Positions 18,169 to 28,009 of a DNA stretch of 41,646 bases are shown here, in pieces. The translations under genes were made by a program, and so were the position numbers. The notes beneath the pieces are model-generated. The model saw only the letters and a program-made list of their open reading frames with translations, ran no database searches and was not told where the DNA came from. The stretch lies in NCBI GenBank assembly GCA_030698465.1, contig JAUYJZ010000014.1, forward strand, positions 1-41,646, written 5' to 3'. Source of the stretch: a bacterium (lineage in GTDB: Bacteria > Patescibacteriota > Minisyncoccia > Minisyncoccales > UBA10102). Position 1 is the stretch's first letter; each line of letters opens with the position of its first letter.

Positions 18169-18244
18169 GCGGGCGTAGCTTAGCCTGGTTTAAAGCGCTT
18201 CCCTGTCACGGAAGAGATCGCCGGTCCAAATCCGGTCGCCCGCG
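18169..18244 (+). tRNA. tRNA-Asp(GTC)
   Basis: GCGGGCG/CGCCCGC acceptor, CTTCC-CTGTCAC-GGAAG anticodon arm, G73; T-loop TCCAAAT. Confidence 0.93.
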
Positions 18245-18296
18245 CAATTTATTGCAATAAATTGCGCGAGGCTCGCCTCAAAGAGGCGGCCCGCGC
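18241..18296. repeat. Perfect 28-bp palindrome, a small hairpin and an 8-bp repeat of the tRNA 3' end
   Basis: CGCGCAATTTATTG/CAATAAATTGCGCG (18241-18268); GCCCGCGC at 18238 and 18289. Confidence 0.7.
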
Positions 18297-18308
18297 CTAT
18301 TGCTATAT

Positions 18309-18554
18309 ATGAATTCTTATACTATTTACATATTAACGAGTATAAAAATTCCAAAAACATACGTTGGTTATACATCTAATCTTGCAAGGCGTTTGCGCGA
18401 GCATAATGCTGGACGCGTCAAAGCTACAAAACATTTTTGTCCATGGAATCTATTGCATAAAGAGATTGTTACTTGCTTAAGTAAAGCAAAAAAGCGAGAG
18501 CAATATTGGAAAAGTGCGGCTGGAAGAAAAAAACTCAAACTCTTTTTTGGGTAG
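18309..18554 (+). CDS. Small GIY-YIG nuclease
   Basis: YTIYIL..TYVGYTSNLARRLREHNAG..A.KREQYWKS..GR. Confidence 0.92.
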   Translation: MNSYTIYILTSIKIPKTYVGYTSNLARRLREHNAGRVKATKHFCPWNLLHKEIVTCLSKAKKREQYWKSAAGRKKLKLFFG

Positions 18555-18683
18555 GATCGTATCATTTTGTGTTTGACGAAATTTTTCGATAACCAGTCAG
18601 CGGACTTTGCTTTACATATTTTTTTTGTTTTGGTAGAGTACAGGCAGTTATTTTAACGATGCTTCAGTAAAGGAAGGTGTCTC

Positions 18684-19346
18684 ATGGCAAACTCCCTAAA
18701 CAGGTTTGAAGAAGAGATTGGCACTGCTGTTTTTGATTCAGGAAGGGTGAGTTTTGGGGAAGTTCTTTGGCATGTGCATAGGGCGCATCCTGAACTAGAA
18801 TTGCCGCCAGCTCCTATATTTATTGATTTGGGTGCTCTGCCGCCAGAGCTTGTCATTAAAATAGGAGAAAATCTGCACAGAAAAGCCGTTCAAGAAAATA
18901 TACGCTTTGAAAGGGTGGCTGGGGTTCCAACCGGAGGCAATGGTTTTGCAGAAGCATTTTGTATGGTAGACCAGGGGAATACGTCTCGACTGCTTACATT
19001 GCAAAAGGAAGGCCAAAGAATTCTGGGCCCGGTTCAGGGATTTTATCAACCACACAATATCGTCTTGCCGGTGGAAGACGTCATCACAACTGGCGCTAGC
19101 ACGCTTGAGGCGATTGAGGTTTTTGGAGCGGAAAATTGCATTGTGCATGATGTAATGGCCGTTATTGATTATGAGTTAGGAGCGGCCCAACGCCTCAAGA
19201 CAGATGATTTAACCCTCCACCGTATCTTTCCGATCTCACAGTTGCTCGGTTTGTGGCTTGAGAAGAAAAGAATCACTATGGGGCAATACGATAAGGTAAT
19301 GGCAGTTTTGAATACCATAAGAACAAAACTAATGCCAAGTTCGTAG
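18684..19346 (+). CDS. pyrE: Orotate phosphoribosyltransferase-like protein (divergent)
   Basis: PIFIDL, VAGVPTGG, PRPP loop VEDVITTGAS; next to pyrB. Confidence 0.7.
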   Translation: MANSLNRFEEEIGTAVFDSGRVSFGEVLWHVHRAHPELELPPAPIFIDLGALPPELVIKIGENLHRKAVQENIRFERVAGVPTGGNGFAEAFCMVDQGNTSRLLTLQKEGQRILGPVQGFYQPHNIVLPVEDVITTGASTLEAIEVFGAENCIVHDVMAVIDYELGAAQRLKTDDLTLHRIFPISQLLGLWLEKKRITMGQYDKVMAVLNTIRTKLMPSS

Positions 19347-19402
19347 TAGCTCTTTTGCTCGATTTTCTTACCCCAAAGGCTCCTTAAGTGGAGCTAAACA
19401 AA

Positions 19403-19437
19403 ACCGCCAGGCACTCAGTCTGGCGGTCTTTTCTTTT
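19403..19437 (+). terminator. Intrinsic terminator
   Basis: ACCGCCAG..CTGGCGGT followed by T-rich tail. Confidence 0.65.
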
Positions 19438-19499
19438 CTGAAGAAGTATGATATAAGTTTTTTAGGTCTTTTAACCCAAAAAAAAGAGGAGGGAATCCT

Positions 19500-20444
19500 A
19501 TGGCAGCATTTCAAGGCTTTCCCCACGTGCTTGAAACCCAGCAATTCACCCGAAAATGGCTCGAAGAAAAACTCTTCCCGCTAGCTCGTGAGAAGCGGTT
19601 GTCGGTTCAAGCCCGATATGAAGATATTCCCACCTTGCTACGAGGGAAGGGGATGGCAACTCTTTTCTATGAACCAAGCACGAGAACTAGACTTTCGTTC
19701 GAAACAGCTATGCATCGCCTAGGAGGATGGGTTGTCTCTACAGAAAATGCCAGTGAGTTTTCTTCCGCGGTAAAGGGTGAGACCCTTGAAGACACGATTC
19801 GGGTGTTGAACGGCTATCGTCCAGCTGTGATTGTTTTGCGGCACCCCGAAGAAGGAGCTGCAAAAAGGGCTGCTCGCATATCCGAAGCAGCAATCATTAA
19901 CGCGGGAGATGGAACGGGTCAACATCCTACACAGGCTCTCTTAGATATCTTTACTATTCAAGAAGAGATTGGGAGAATTGACAATATTTCAGTGGCTCTA
20001 GTGGGGGATCTTGTACTTGGAAGAACAGTTCATTCTCTCGTGTATCTTCTTGGAAAGTTTATTAACGTACGTCTGTTCTTGGTGTCTCCTCCAAATCTTC
20101 GAATGAGAAGCGATATCAAAGAGTATCTGGCACAGCATGATATTTCGTTCACCGAACATACCGATCTAAGAACTGTTGCTTCTCAAGTAGATGTTATTTA
20201 CCAAACACGTACCCAAACAGAGCGGGGGTCATCTCTTGCAAAAGCTCAACCGGAAGACATATTTTGCATGGTAGATGCGCAAATTCTCAACTTGATGCAT
20301 CCCCATTCCATTATTATGCACCCCTTGCCCAGGAATGAAGAGATCAGCCCAGAAGTGGATAAAAACCCTCGAGCCGCATACTTTAGACAAGCGCAGAACG
20401 GTCTCTACGTACGTATGGCATTGCTTCAGATGATTCTGGGGTAA
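19500..20444 (+). CDS. pyrB: Aspartate carbamoyltransferase catalytic subunit
   Basis: FYEPSTRTRLSF, KGETLEDT, INAGDG..QHPTQALLD, MHPLPR, YFRQAQNG. Confidence 0.97.
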   Translation: MAAFQGFPHVLETQQFTRKWLEEKLFPLAREKRLSVQARYEDIPTLLRGKGMATLFYEPSTRTRLSFETAMHRLGGWVVSTENASEFSSAVKGETLEDTIRVLNGYRPAVIVLRHPEEGAAKRAARISEAAIINAGDGTGQHPTQALLDIFTIQEEIGRIDNISVALVGDLVLGRTVHSLVYLLGKFINVRLFLVSPPNLRMRSDIKEYLAQHDISFTEHTDLRTVASQVDVIYQTRTQTERGSSLAKAQPEDIFCMVDAQILNLMHPHSIIMHPLPRNEEISPEVDKNPRAAYFRQAQNGLYVRMALLQMILG

Positions 20445-20449
20445 AGCCC

Positions 20450-20488
20450 AGTCCGCAACACCTTTGGTGCTCTGCGGACTTTCTTTTT
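20450..20488 (+). terminator. Intrinsic terminator
   Basis: AGTCCGCA..TGCGGACT plus T-run. Confidence 0.65.
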
Positions 20489-20544
20489 CTGGGGATAACT
20501 GGGGTTGATTTCCCCTCTATTTTAAGGTAAAATAGATATGGCGT

Positions 20545-21675
20545 ATGAAACTTGAAATTGACTCTTCAGAAGAGCTGGAAATACGGAAATCACTAGAGAA
20601 AAGAGGGGATCCAGAGGCAAAAAGAATGCTTCGGTTTTTGAATATGCCGGATTTATCGCGCACACCCGACAGTCCGCTTGGCGCAATCATAGAACGGGTG
20701 AAAAAAGTGCCTGTGCTGAAAAACTTTGACGACATTAAGATCCCTGAGATTGTTTCGACCCATGTTCTTTTCGATCTATTTAATATGCCTCCTGGTCACC
20801 CGGCTCGCAGCAAATCAGATTCTTATTATGTAGATGAGGGGCACATCCTGATAACCCACGACACAGTGATGTGGTATTTCTATTTGAACCACCCCGATGT
20901 AAAGAAAAAGATCGAGAACGGTGAAGACCTGGGGGTCATCTGTTACGCCAAAGTCTACCGCAAAGACGAAATAGACAGAAAGCACATGAACGTTTTTCAT
21001 CAGTTTGGTGGACTTTATTTGGTGCGCGACGAACAAAAGACTCTGACCATCGAGGATTTGAAAAACGCCCTTACCGAAATAGCACAAAGTATTTTCGGTA
21101 AAGATATAAAGATCCGTTTCAACCCGGACAATTTTCCCTACACGGATCCCAGTTTAGAAATGGAGATCGAGATAAACGGCCAGTGGATTGAGATGCTGGG
21201 CTGCGGTATGGCCCGTAAAAGCGTTTTGGCCAATTTCGGTCTTACTGGATACCACGGCTGGGCGTTTGGCTTCGGGCTTGAACGCATGGCCATTGTCAGT
21301 ATGAGCCTTCCTGATATCCGACTTTTATGGTCAGAGGATCCCCGGGTAAAAAAACAGTTAAAGCTTGGGAACTCTTTTGTTCCGGTAAGCAAATACCCTC
21401 CCATTACTCGCGATATTTCATTTGTTGTTGATAAGGACTTTGTTCCTAATAACTATTTTGACTTGATTCGGGATATTGGCGGAGATTTAGTTGAGGAAGT
21501 CCAACTTCTTGATAACTATGAAGATGCAAAGAAATTTGGGCTAGGCAAAATAAGTTATACCTATCGCATAGTCTATCGAAGCAACGAGAAAACATTGGTG
21601 AGCAAAGAGATTGACCTGCTCCAGGACGAACTGTACAAGCAAACCGCTAAACAATTTAGTGCCGTGCTTCGTTAG
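20545..21675 (+). CDS. Single-chain phenylalanyl-tRNA synthetase (catalytic domain plus FDX-ACB anticodon-binding domain)
   Basis: FDLFNMPPGHPARSKSDSYY, VYRKDEIDRKH..FHQ, FPYTDPSLE, WAFGFGLER, then SKYPPITRDISF..YRIVYRSNEKTL..LR. Confidence 0.9.
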   Translation: MKLEIDSSEELEIRKSLEKRGDPEAKRMLRFLNMPDLSRTPDSPLGAIIERVKKVPVLKNFDDIKIPEIVSTHVLFDLFNMPPGHPARSKSDSYYVDEGHILITHDTVMWYFYLNHPDVKKKIENGEDLGVICYAKVYRKDEIDRKHMNVFHQFGGLYLVRDEQKTLTIEDLKNALTEIAQSIFGKDIKIRFNPDNFPYTDPSLEMEIEINGQWIEMLGCGMARKSVLANFGLTGYHGWAFGFGLERMAIVSMSLPDIRLLWSEDPRVKKQLKLGNSFVPVSKYPPITRDISFVVDKDFVPNNYFDLIRDIGGDLVEEVQLLDNYEDAKKFGLGKISYTYRIVYRSNEKTLVSKEIDLLQDELYKQTAKQFSAVLR

Positions 21676-21695
21676 TCCGAAGGATAAAATATACT

Positions 21696-23624
21696 ATGGC
21701 AACAAAAAAGAGCGCAAATCTCGAATACGGAGCAAAAGACATCGTGGTGCTTGAGGGCCTGGATCCCGTGAAAAAGCGTCCTGCAATGTATATTGGTTCT
21801 ACAGGTCCTGACGGTCTGCATCATTTGGTGTGGGAGGTTTTGGATAACTCCATTGATGAGGCCATGGCAGGATACGCAAAGAACATTGAGGTATCTTTGC
21901 TTTCTGGAAACCGCGTACAGGTTATTGATGACGGACGAGGGATCCCCATTGAAAAGCACCCCCAGACCAAGAAATCTACGCTGGAAACCGTAATGACCAT
22001 TTTGCATGCGGGCGGAAAATTCGGTGGAAAGGCATATCAGGTTTCAGGTGGGCTTCACGGGGTAGGAGTCTCTGTGGTTAACGCCCTTTCTATCTACTTG
22101 AAAGCCGAGGTATGTCGCGACGGTTTTCACTACCAGCAGGAATATACACGAGGCGTGCCCAAGGGTCAGGTAAAAAAGGTGGGAAAGTGCAAGGGGTCTG
22201 GCACACGGATTCTTTTTGAGCCAGATATTGATATTTTCAAGGAAATTAAGTTTGATGCAAGACTCATCCTCAATCATTTGCGCCAGCAGGCCTATCTCAC
22301 ATCTGGCACCAAGATTACTCTAGTGGATGCCAGGGAAAAGGAAAAGAAATCTTATACCTTCTACTTTGAGGGTGGTCTTGCTTCTTATATTCCCTATCTC
22401 GTTAAAGGAAGAGTTCCAAAACACGAAACCGTCTTTTATGTAAAGGGCGAGAAGGAAGGCATGGTAGCAGAGGTTGCCTTTCAATACACCGAAGAGTTTG
22501 AGATTATGGAGGAGAGTTTTGCCAATAACATCTATACTCCAGAAGGGGGAACTCACCTCACGGGATTTCGTTCTGCTCTGACAAGGACCTTAAATGACTA
22601 TGCAAAAAAGAACAATTTTCTAAAAGGAGAAGAACCTCTTACCGGGGACGACGTTAGAGAGGGCATGACCGTTGTGGTTTCGGTGAAAATCCGGGATCCT
22701 CAATTTGAAGGACAAACCAAGGCAAAGCTTGGAAACCCGGAAGCTAAAAACGCGGTAGAAAGCGTCACCGCCGAGGCCCTTGAGGACTACTTGGAGCGCA
22801 ATCCTCTGGATGCACGGTCCATCATTGAAAAATCTCTCCTTGCTTCCAAAGCCAGAAAGGCAGCAAAGGCAGCCCGTCAAACCGTACTCCGAAAGGGAAT
22901 ACTTGAGGGCTTGGCTTTGCCAGGAAAATTAGCTGACTGCACCTCCAAAGACCCAGAAGAGTCAGAGCTCTACATCGTAGAGGGGGAGAGTGCTGGAGGC
23001 TCAACAAAGCAAGCTAGGAACCGGTGGTTTCAGGCGGTCTTGCCCTTGAGAGGAAAAATACTGAATGTGGAACGCGCTCGCCTAGACAAAATCCTAACCT
23101 CAAAAGAAATCCGTTCTCTGGTTATTGCGTTGGGAACCGCCATTGCAGAGGATTTTGACATCGAAAAGATTCGTTACCAGCGCGTTATCATTATGACCGA
23201 TGCCGATGTGGACGGATCTCACATCCGGGCCCTGCTTCTAACTCTCTTTTACCGATACTTTAAGCCAATAATTGAACGGGGATATCTGTATATCGCTCAA
23301 CCCCCTTTGTATCAAATCCAGCAGGGCAAAAACATTCAATATGCCTTTTCTGATGGAGAGCGCGACAAAATCATTTCCCAACTCGCAAAACAAAAGAGCA
23401 GCTCGGGAACGAACGTACAGCGATACAAGGGTTTAGGTGAAATGAACCCGGAACAGCTGTGGGAAACCACTATGAATCCGGGTAATCGAGTCTTGTTCCA
23501 GGTCACCATAGAAAGCGCCAGGGAAGCGGATAAGATTTTTGACATCTTGATGGGAGATGAGGTCTACCCAAGAAAGAAGTTTATCCAGACCTATGCCAAG
23601 AGCGTTAAGAATTTGGATATCTAA
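21696..23624 (+). CDS. gyrB: DNA gyrase subunit B
   Basis: KRPAMYIG, EVLDNSIDE, DDGRGIP, GGLHGVG, EGESAGG, MTDADVDG, YKGLGEMNP. Confidence 0.97.
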   Translation: MATKKSANLEYGAKDIVVLEGLDPVKKRPAMYIGSTGPDGLHHLVWEVLDNSIDEAMAGYAKNIEVSLLSGNRVQVIDDGRGIPIEKHPQTKKSTLETVMTILHAGGKFGGKAYQVSGGLHGVGVSVVNALSIYLKAEVCRDGFHYQQEYTRGVPKGQVKKVGKCKGSGTRILFEPDIDIFKEIKFDARLILNHLRQQAYLTSGTKITLVDAREKEKKSYTFYFEGGLASYIPYLVKGRVPKHETVFYVKGEKEGMVAEVAFQYTEEFEIMEESFANNIYTPEGGTHLTGFRSALTRTLNDYAKKNNFLKGEEPLTGDDVREGMTVVVSVKIRDPQFEGQTKAKLGNPEAKNAVESVTAEALEDYLERNPLDARSIIEKSLLASKARKAAKAARQTVLRKGILEGLALPGKLADCTSKDPEESELYIVEGESAGGSTKQARNRWFQAVLPLRGKILNVERARLDKILTSKEIRSLVIALGTAIAEDFDIEKIRYQRVIIMTDADVDGSHIRALLLTLFYRYFKPIIERGYLYIAQPPLYQIQQGKNIQYAFSDGERDKIISQLAKQKSSSGTNVQRYKGLGEMNPEQLWETTMNPGNRVLFQVTIESAREADKIFDILMGDEVYPRKKFIQTYAKSVKNLDI

Positions 23625-23630
23625 TGCAAG

Positions 23631-23659
23631 TTGACATTTACCAGATTTGTGAGTATAGT
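23631..23659 (+). promoter_or_regulatory. Sigma70 promoter for secE-nusG-rplK
   Basis: TTGACA-17 bp-TATAGT. Confidence 0.65.
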
Positions 23660-23667
23660 TTATGACT

Positions 23668-23859
23668 ATGAACCCATTTTCAAGAGTTGGGACATTCCTC
23701 CGAGAATCTCGGGGAGAAGCAAGAAAGGTGGACTGGCCAACCAGACAAAAAACATTCCAGAATACCATTCTGGTGATTGTGTTTTCTGTTGTGGTTGCCG
23801 TATTCCTGTCTACTTTTGACCTTTTATTCACCAACCTTTTGGAGAGGTTTGTGCTTTAA
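23668..23859 (+). CDS. secE: Preprotein translocase SecE
   Basis: FLRESRGEARKVDWPTR plus one TM helix; precedes nusG (start may be 23662). Confidence 0.92.
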   Translation: MNPFSRVGTFLRESRGEARKVDWPTRQKTFQNTILVIVFSVVVAVFLSTFDLLFTNLLERFVL

Positions 23860-23863
23860 TACC

Positions 23864-24409
23864 ATGCCAAAACAGCAGACAATCACAGATCGGAACTGGT
23901 ATGTTATTCATACCTATTCTGGATACGAGGATGCCGTGGCCAGGTCTTTAAAACAACGGATTGAATCTTTGAATATGGAAGACAAGATTTTCCAGGTCTT
24001 GGTTCCCAAAGAAAAAAAGATTAAGATTAAGGGAGGGAAACGAAAAAACGTGGAAGAGAAAATCTATCCCGGGTATGTGCTGGTGGAAATGATCGTGACC
24101 GATGACTCCTGGTATGTGGTCCGCAACACTCCCAACGTCACTGGATTCGTGGGATCCGGAACTACCCCAATCCCGGTTTCAAAAGAGGAGATAGATTCTT
24201 TGAAAGGGCGTATGGACCAAGAGGCCCCTCAATATGACATTAGCGTCAAAGAAGGGGATGCGGTTAAGATTGTGGACGGTCCATTCAAGGACTTTGACGG
24301 CAAAGTCTCAGAGATTGACCTGGAACGGGGCAAAATAAAGGTATTTGTAAATATGTTTGGCCGGGACACTCCTGTAGAATTGGATTCCCTGCAAATTCAA
24401 AAACTCTAA
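23864..24409 (+). CDS. nusG: Transcription factor NusG
   Basis: WYVIHTYSGYE..YPGYVLVEM..VRNTPNVTGFVG..GPFKDF..MFGRDTPVEL. Confidence 0.98.
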   Translation: MPKQQTITDRNWYVIHTYSGYEDAVARSLKQRIESLNMEDKIFQVLVPKEKKIKIKGGKRKNVEEKIYPGYVLVEMIVTDDSWYVVRNTPNVTGFVGSGTTPIPVSKEEIDSLKGRMDQEAPQYDISVKEGDAVKIVDGPFKDFDGKVSEIDLERGKIKVFVNMFGRDTPVELDSLQIQKL

Positions 24410-24462
24410 TATGAACCATTCGCTTCGCTCAGAACCATATATTTCTCATTAACATTCGAACT

Positions 24463-24885
24463 ATGGCAAAAAAGATAAAGACAATCATCAAGTTGCATAT
24501 TAAGGGAGGGGAAGCCACTCCAGCTCCTCCCGTGGGACCGGCTTTGGCACCTCATGGATTGAACATGGGCGAGTTTTGCGCCAAGTTTAATGATGCTACA
24601 AAGGAGATGAAAGGATTTAAGATTCCTGTAGATATTATCGTATATGAGAACCGCAGCTATGATTTTAAGGTTCATCAGCCCCAGGCCTCAGAACTGTTGA
24701 AACGAGCGGCTGGCGTTGAAAAAGGTTCTGGTACTCCAAATAAGACAAAGGTGGCAAAGATAAGTAGGGGGCAGCTTGAGGAAATTGCCAAGCAAAAGAT
24801 GGCAGACCTCAATTGCGATACCCTGGCTGCAGCCTCCAAAACCATAGAGGGCACCGCAAAAAGTTTAGGTATTTCAGTTGAATGA
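24463..24885 (+). CDS. rplK: 50S ribosomal protein L11
   Basis: ATPAPPVGPAL..FCAKFN..IEGTAKSLG. Confidence 0.98.
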   Translation: MAKKIKTIIKLHIKGGEATPAPPVGPALAPHGLNMGEFCAKFNDATKEMKGFKIPVDIIVYENRSYDFKVHQPQASELLKRAAGVEKGSGTPNKTKVAKISRGQLEEIAKQKMADLNCDTLAAASKTIEGTAKSLGISVE

Positions 24886-25454
24886 TACTCTCAGACCACG
24901 ACATTAAGACTGCGATCCACGAGGGGAAAATCACTATTTCTCCGGCTCCCAACTATGATGAGCAGTTGGGGCCTTGCTCTTTGGATCTTCACCTGGGAAA
25001 CGTCATGAAGGTATTCAAAACGGCTTCCTATCCTTATCTTGATTTAAAGAGGAACATAAACTTTGAAGAGCTCATGGATGAAATCACGGTGAACGATGGG
25101 GACCCCTTTGTTTTGCAACCAGGCGCCTTTGCGCTGGCAATTACCAAAGAAGAGTTCTCACTACCAGACGATATCATGGGGCGCTTGGATGGAAGAAGTT
25201 CTCTTGGTCGGCTCGGTATCGTGGTGCATTCTACTGCGGCTCGTTTTGATCCAGGGTGGCAGGGGCGAGCAGTTATGGAATTGGGAAATCTTGGTCCCAG
25301 TCCAGTCATCTTGTACGAGGGTATGCGAATCTGTGCCCTCACCTTTGAAACACTTACTTCGCCTGCCGAAGAGTCCTATTCCAAAAGCGCCAAGCGAAAG
25401 TATTCCAAGCAAGAAAAGCCTCAGGCAAGCAAGATCAACAAGGAGTTTAGTTAA
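24882..25454 (+). CDS. dcd: dCTP deaminase
   Basis: [40 protein letters not shown]. Confidence 0.93.
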   Translation: MILSDHDIKTAIHEGKITISPAPNYDEQLGPCSLDLHLGNVMKVFKTASYPYLDLKRNINFEELMDEITVNDGDPFVLQPGAFALAITKEEFSLPDDIMGRLDGRSSLGRLGIVVHSTAARFDPGWQGRAVMELGNLGPSPVILYEGMRICALTFETLTSPAEESYSKSAKRKYSKQEKPQASKINKEFS

Positions 25455-26389
25455 AATCCACCCACAACTGTAACCTCTCCTTTGATGGGAGGATGCGGTT
25501 CATAGTTAAGAAGTTTAAAATCGTCGAACACAAACTCGTCGATATTTTTTTTCTCCGGATTAATATGTATGACAGGAAAAGGCTTGGGTTCTCGTTTCAG
25601 TTGCTCCTGGACCTGATCATAATGATTGGAATAAATGTGCGTATCTCCAAGCACGTGAACAAATTCTCCGGGTTTGTACCCGGTCACCTGAGCAATAATA
25701 ATGGCCAAAAGGGCATAGCTGGCAATGTTGAAGGGCACACCTAAAAACATATCGCAAGATCTTTGATAGAGCAGGAGATCAAGTTTTTCATTATTGGTTA
25801 CCCGCAAATGAAACATAGTATGACAAGGGGGGAGAGCCATTGACTGCCCTAGGAGCGCCATCTCGTATACAAATTCAGGATTCCACGCAGAGACAATATA
25901 GTGTTTGCGGTCTGGGCGTTCCTTGAGCTTTTCAATTGCCCAGGCAAGCTGGTCTATTTCTCTTCCGTCTGATGCCTTCCATTTTCTCCATTGACGGCCA
26001 TATACGGGCCCCAACTCACCCCAGTCCTTGGCAAAGGCGGCATCTTCCCTGATCTTTGCTACAAACTGCTCTTGCGTCATCTGGGGTGTCTTTCCGGCCT
26101 CGGAGGCCTTCTTGTATGGCTTGTAGGCCCATTCATCCCAGATATGTACGTCATTGTCTACTAAGTACTTGATATTTGAATCTCCCTTTAGAAACCACAA
26201 GAGCTCATGGAGAATACCTCTGAAAAACACCTTCTTCGTGGTTAAAAGGGGAAGCCCTTGCTCCAAGTCAAAGCGCATAATACGGCCAAACACCGATTTT
26301 AGCTCAATGCCCGTGTTGAATTCGTGTTTGATATCCCCATTTTCGAGGATGTCCCGGAGAAGGCTGAGATATTGGTATTCGGGATGCAT
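25451..26389 (-). CDS. thyA: Thymidylate synthase
   Basis: [52 protein letters not shown]. Confidence 0.98.
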   Translation of the reverse strand: MHPEYQYLSLLRDILENGDIKHEFNTGIELKSVFGRIMRFDLEQGLPLLTTKKVFFRGILHELLWFLKGDSNIKYLVDNDVHIWDEWAYKPYKKASEAGKTPQMTQEQFVAKIREDAAFAKDWGELGPVYGRQWRKWKASDGREIDQLAWAIEKLKERPDRKHYIVSAWNPEFVYEMALLGQSMALPPCHTMFHLRVTNNEKLDLLLYQRSCDMFLGVPFNIASYALLAIIIAQVTGYKPGEFVHVLGDTHIYSNHYDQVQEQLKREPKPFPVIHINPEKKNIDEFVFDDFKLLNYEPHPPIKGEVTVVGGF

Positions 26390-26428
26390 TATGATACTAT
26401 ATCAAGAGCCAAACATTCTCGCAAACCC

Positions 26429-26932
26429 ATGACTACATTTATCATCGCAGCCATAACCGCAGACGGCTTTATCGGAAAGAATTCAAGTCATCTGGCTGAC
26501 TGGACCAGCAAGGAGGACAAGCGTTTTTTTGTGGAAATGACCAAAAAAGCGGGGGTTGTTATCATGGGCCAGAATACCTTTGAAACCATTGGAAAACCCC
26601 TTCCTGGGCGCCTCAATATCGTGTATTCCAGGGACAAACAGCACGAAGGGGTGGAAACCACGCAAAAGCCTGCACAAGAGCTTCTGGATGACCTCAGGGG
26701 TCGTGGATACCAGGAAGTTGCCATTGGTGGGGGTGCCACTATCTACACCATGTTTTTAGAGCAAAAACTGGTAGACAAGCTCTATTTGAGCATTGAACCA
26801 GTTTTATTCGGGAAAGGCATCACCCTGTTTAACAAAGAATTTGATACGAAGCTTGAATTGGTATCGGTAAAGAAACTCGGTGAGCAAACCGTATTACTAG
26901 AATATAACGTACTAAAAACTTACTCTCAGTAA
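26429..26932 (+). CDS. folA: Dihydrofolate reductase
   Basis: IMGQNTFETIGKPLPGRLNIV, IGGGATIY; divergent from thyA. Confidence 0.88.
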   Translation: MTTFIIAAITADGFIGKNSSHLADWTSKEDKRFFVEMTKKAGVVIMGQNTFETIGKPLPGRLNIVYSRDKQHEGVETTQKPAQELLDDLRGRGYQEVAIGGGATIYTMFLEQKLVDKLYLSIEPVLFGKGITLFNKEFDTKLELVSVKKLGEQTVLLEYNVLKTYSQ

Positions 26933-26969
26933 GTTATCCACACCTTACCGAGAGTAAGGATGAATATAT

Positions 26970-27509
26970 ATGGTTTTGGGAATTAAAGAATTGCACCGAC
27001 TGGTCAAAGAACAGAATCTTGTTACCAATCTTTCGGAGCGAGAACTGGAAAATCCTGAAGGAGCTGGGTTTGATTTGAGAATAGGGGAGTTATATGAGAT
27101 TTCTGGGCAGGGTTTTTTGGGCGTTACAGAGCGAGAAACTCCAGAGATGAAGCTTGTGGCAAAATATGAAGAAGGCAAAACCATTGAAATCCAGCTCAAA
27201 CCGAATGTCTACTACTTAATGAAGACCATGGAGGACGTAAACATGCCAGAAAATCTTCTGGCTATTATGACCCCTCGCTCTACTTTGTTCCGTTCTGGCG
27301 TCTATATCTTTGGAGGGCAGGTTCCTCCTGGATATAAAGGAGGGTTAAATATGGGCATCTACAACTATCGAAATACTGACTTTCGCCTGGAAATAGGTTC
27401 AAGAGTGGTGCACATCATGTTTTTTGAAGTAAAAGGAGAGGGGAATCTCTATCGCGGACAGTGGCAAGACGGAAGAGTCACAACCGACCAGAAAGAAACT
27501 CAGATTTGA
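26970..27509 (+). CDS. Trimeric dUTPase / dCTP deaminase family protein
   Basis: GFDLRIG..PRSTLFRSG..PGYKG..GSRVVHI..YRGQWQ. Confidence 0.82.
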   Translation: MVLGIKELHRLVKEQNLVTNLSERELENPEGAGFDLRIGELYEISGQGFLGVTERETPEMKLVAKYEEGKTIEIQLKPNVYYLMKTMEDVNMPENLLAIMTPRSTLFRSGVYIFGGQVPPGYKGGLNMGIYNYRNTDFRLEIGSRVVHIMFFEVKGEGNLYRGQWQDGRVTTDQKETQI

Positions 27510-27556
27510 CCCTTTCATTTATTTTTGCTACTAGGTATTTAGAACTATCCTAGCGT

Positions 27557-28009
27557 TTGTGGAGGTGCACCTTGAAACCCCATATGGAGTCTCTGATGGC
27601 GTCAGAAGAGATTGCGTTTTTCCGCCTTATTGAACGGCTGATGCACGATACACCAGAAGTAGATCTCGGGGTAGATCGCCAGGGGTATGAGATTTTGGTT
27701 TCATGCCATATGGTTTGTCGTGCGTTGGCGCAATTGTTCCCACAGTTGGAATGCCAAGATGGTTATTTTGCCCGTGAAGGCATAGAACATTCCTGGCTTA
27801 CCTGGGAGAGAGATTTTATTATTGATGCATGCCCAGTGGCCATGGTGGGCGGACCCATTATGGTAGACTGTCGTTATTTTACGACTCCGTGGCAGTATCT
27901 GTATCAACCTTCCAAGGAGCGTTTTACTTGTCTTGATGCCCCAGATTTTCCAAAACACATTGAAAGGGTTACTGAGGCAATGCGAAGTGTATTCCAGGTG
28001 GCGGCGTGA
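27557..28009 (+). CDS. Hypothetical protein (Cys..His..Asp pattern; start uncertain)
   Basis: 150-aa ORF with SCHMVCRAL..HSWL..IIDAC; GGAGG near the start; terminator follows. Confidence 0.6.
   Translation: MWRCTLKPHMESLMASEEIAFFRLIERLMHDTPEVDLGVDRQGYEILVSCHMVCRALAQLFPQLECQDGYFAREGIEHSWLTWERDFIIDACPVAMVGGPIMVDCRYFTTPWQYLYQPSKERFTCLDAPDFPKHIERVTEAMRSVFQVAA

Noticed and set aside
19347..19499. PyrR attenuator upstream of pyrB
   Set aside because: No PyrR-binding loop consensus seen; the hairpin is explained as the terminator of the upstream gene
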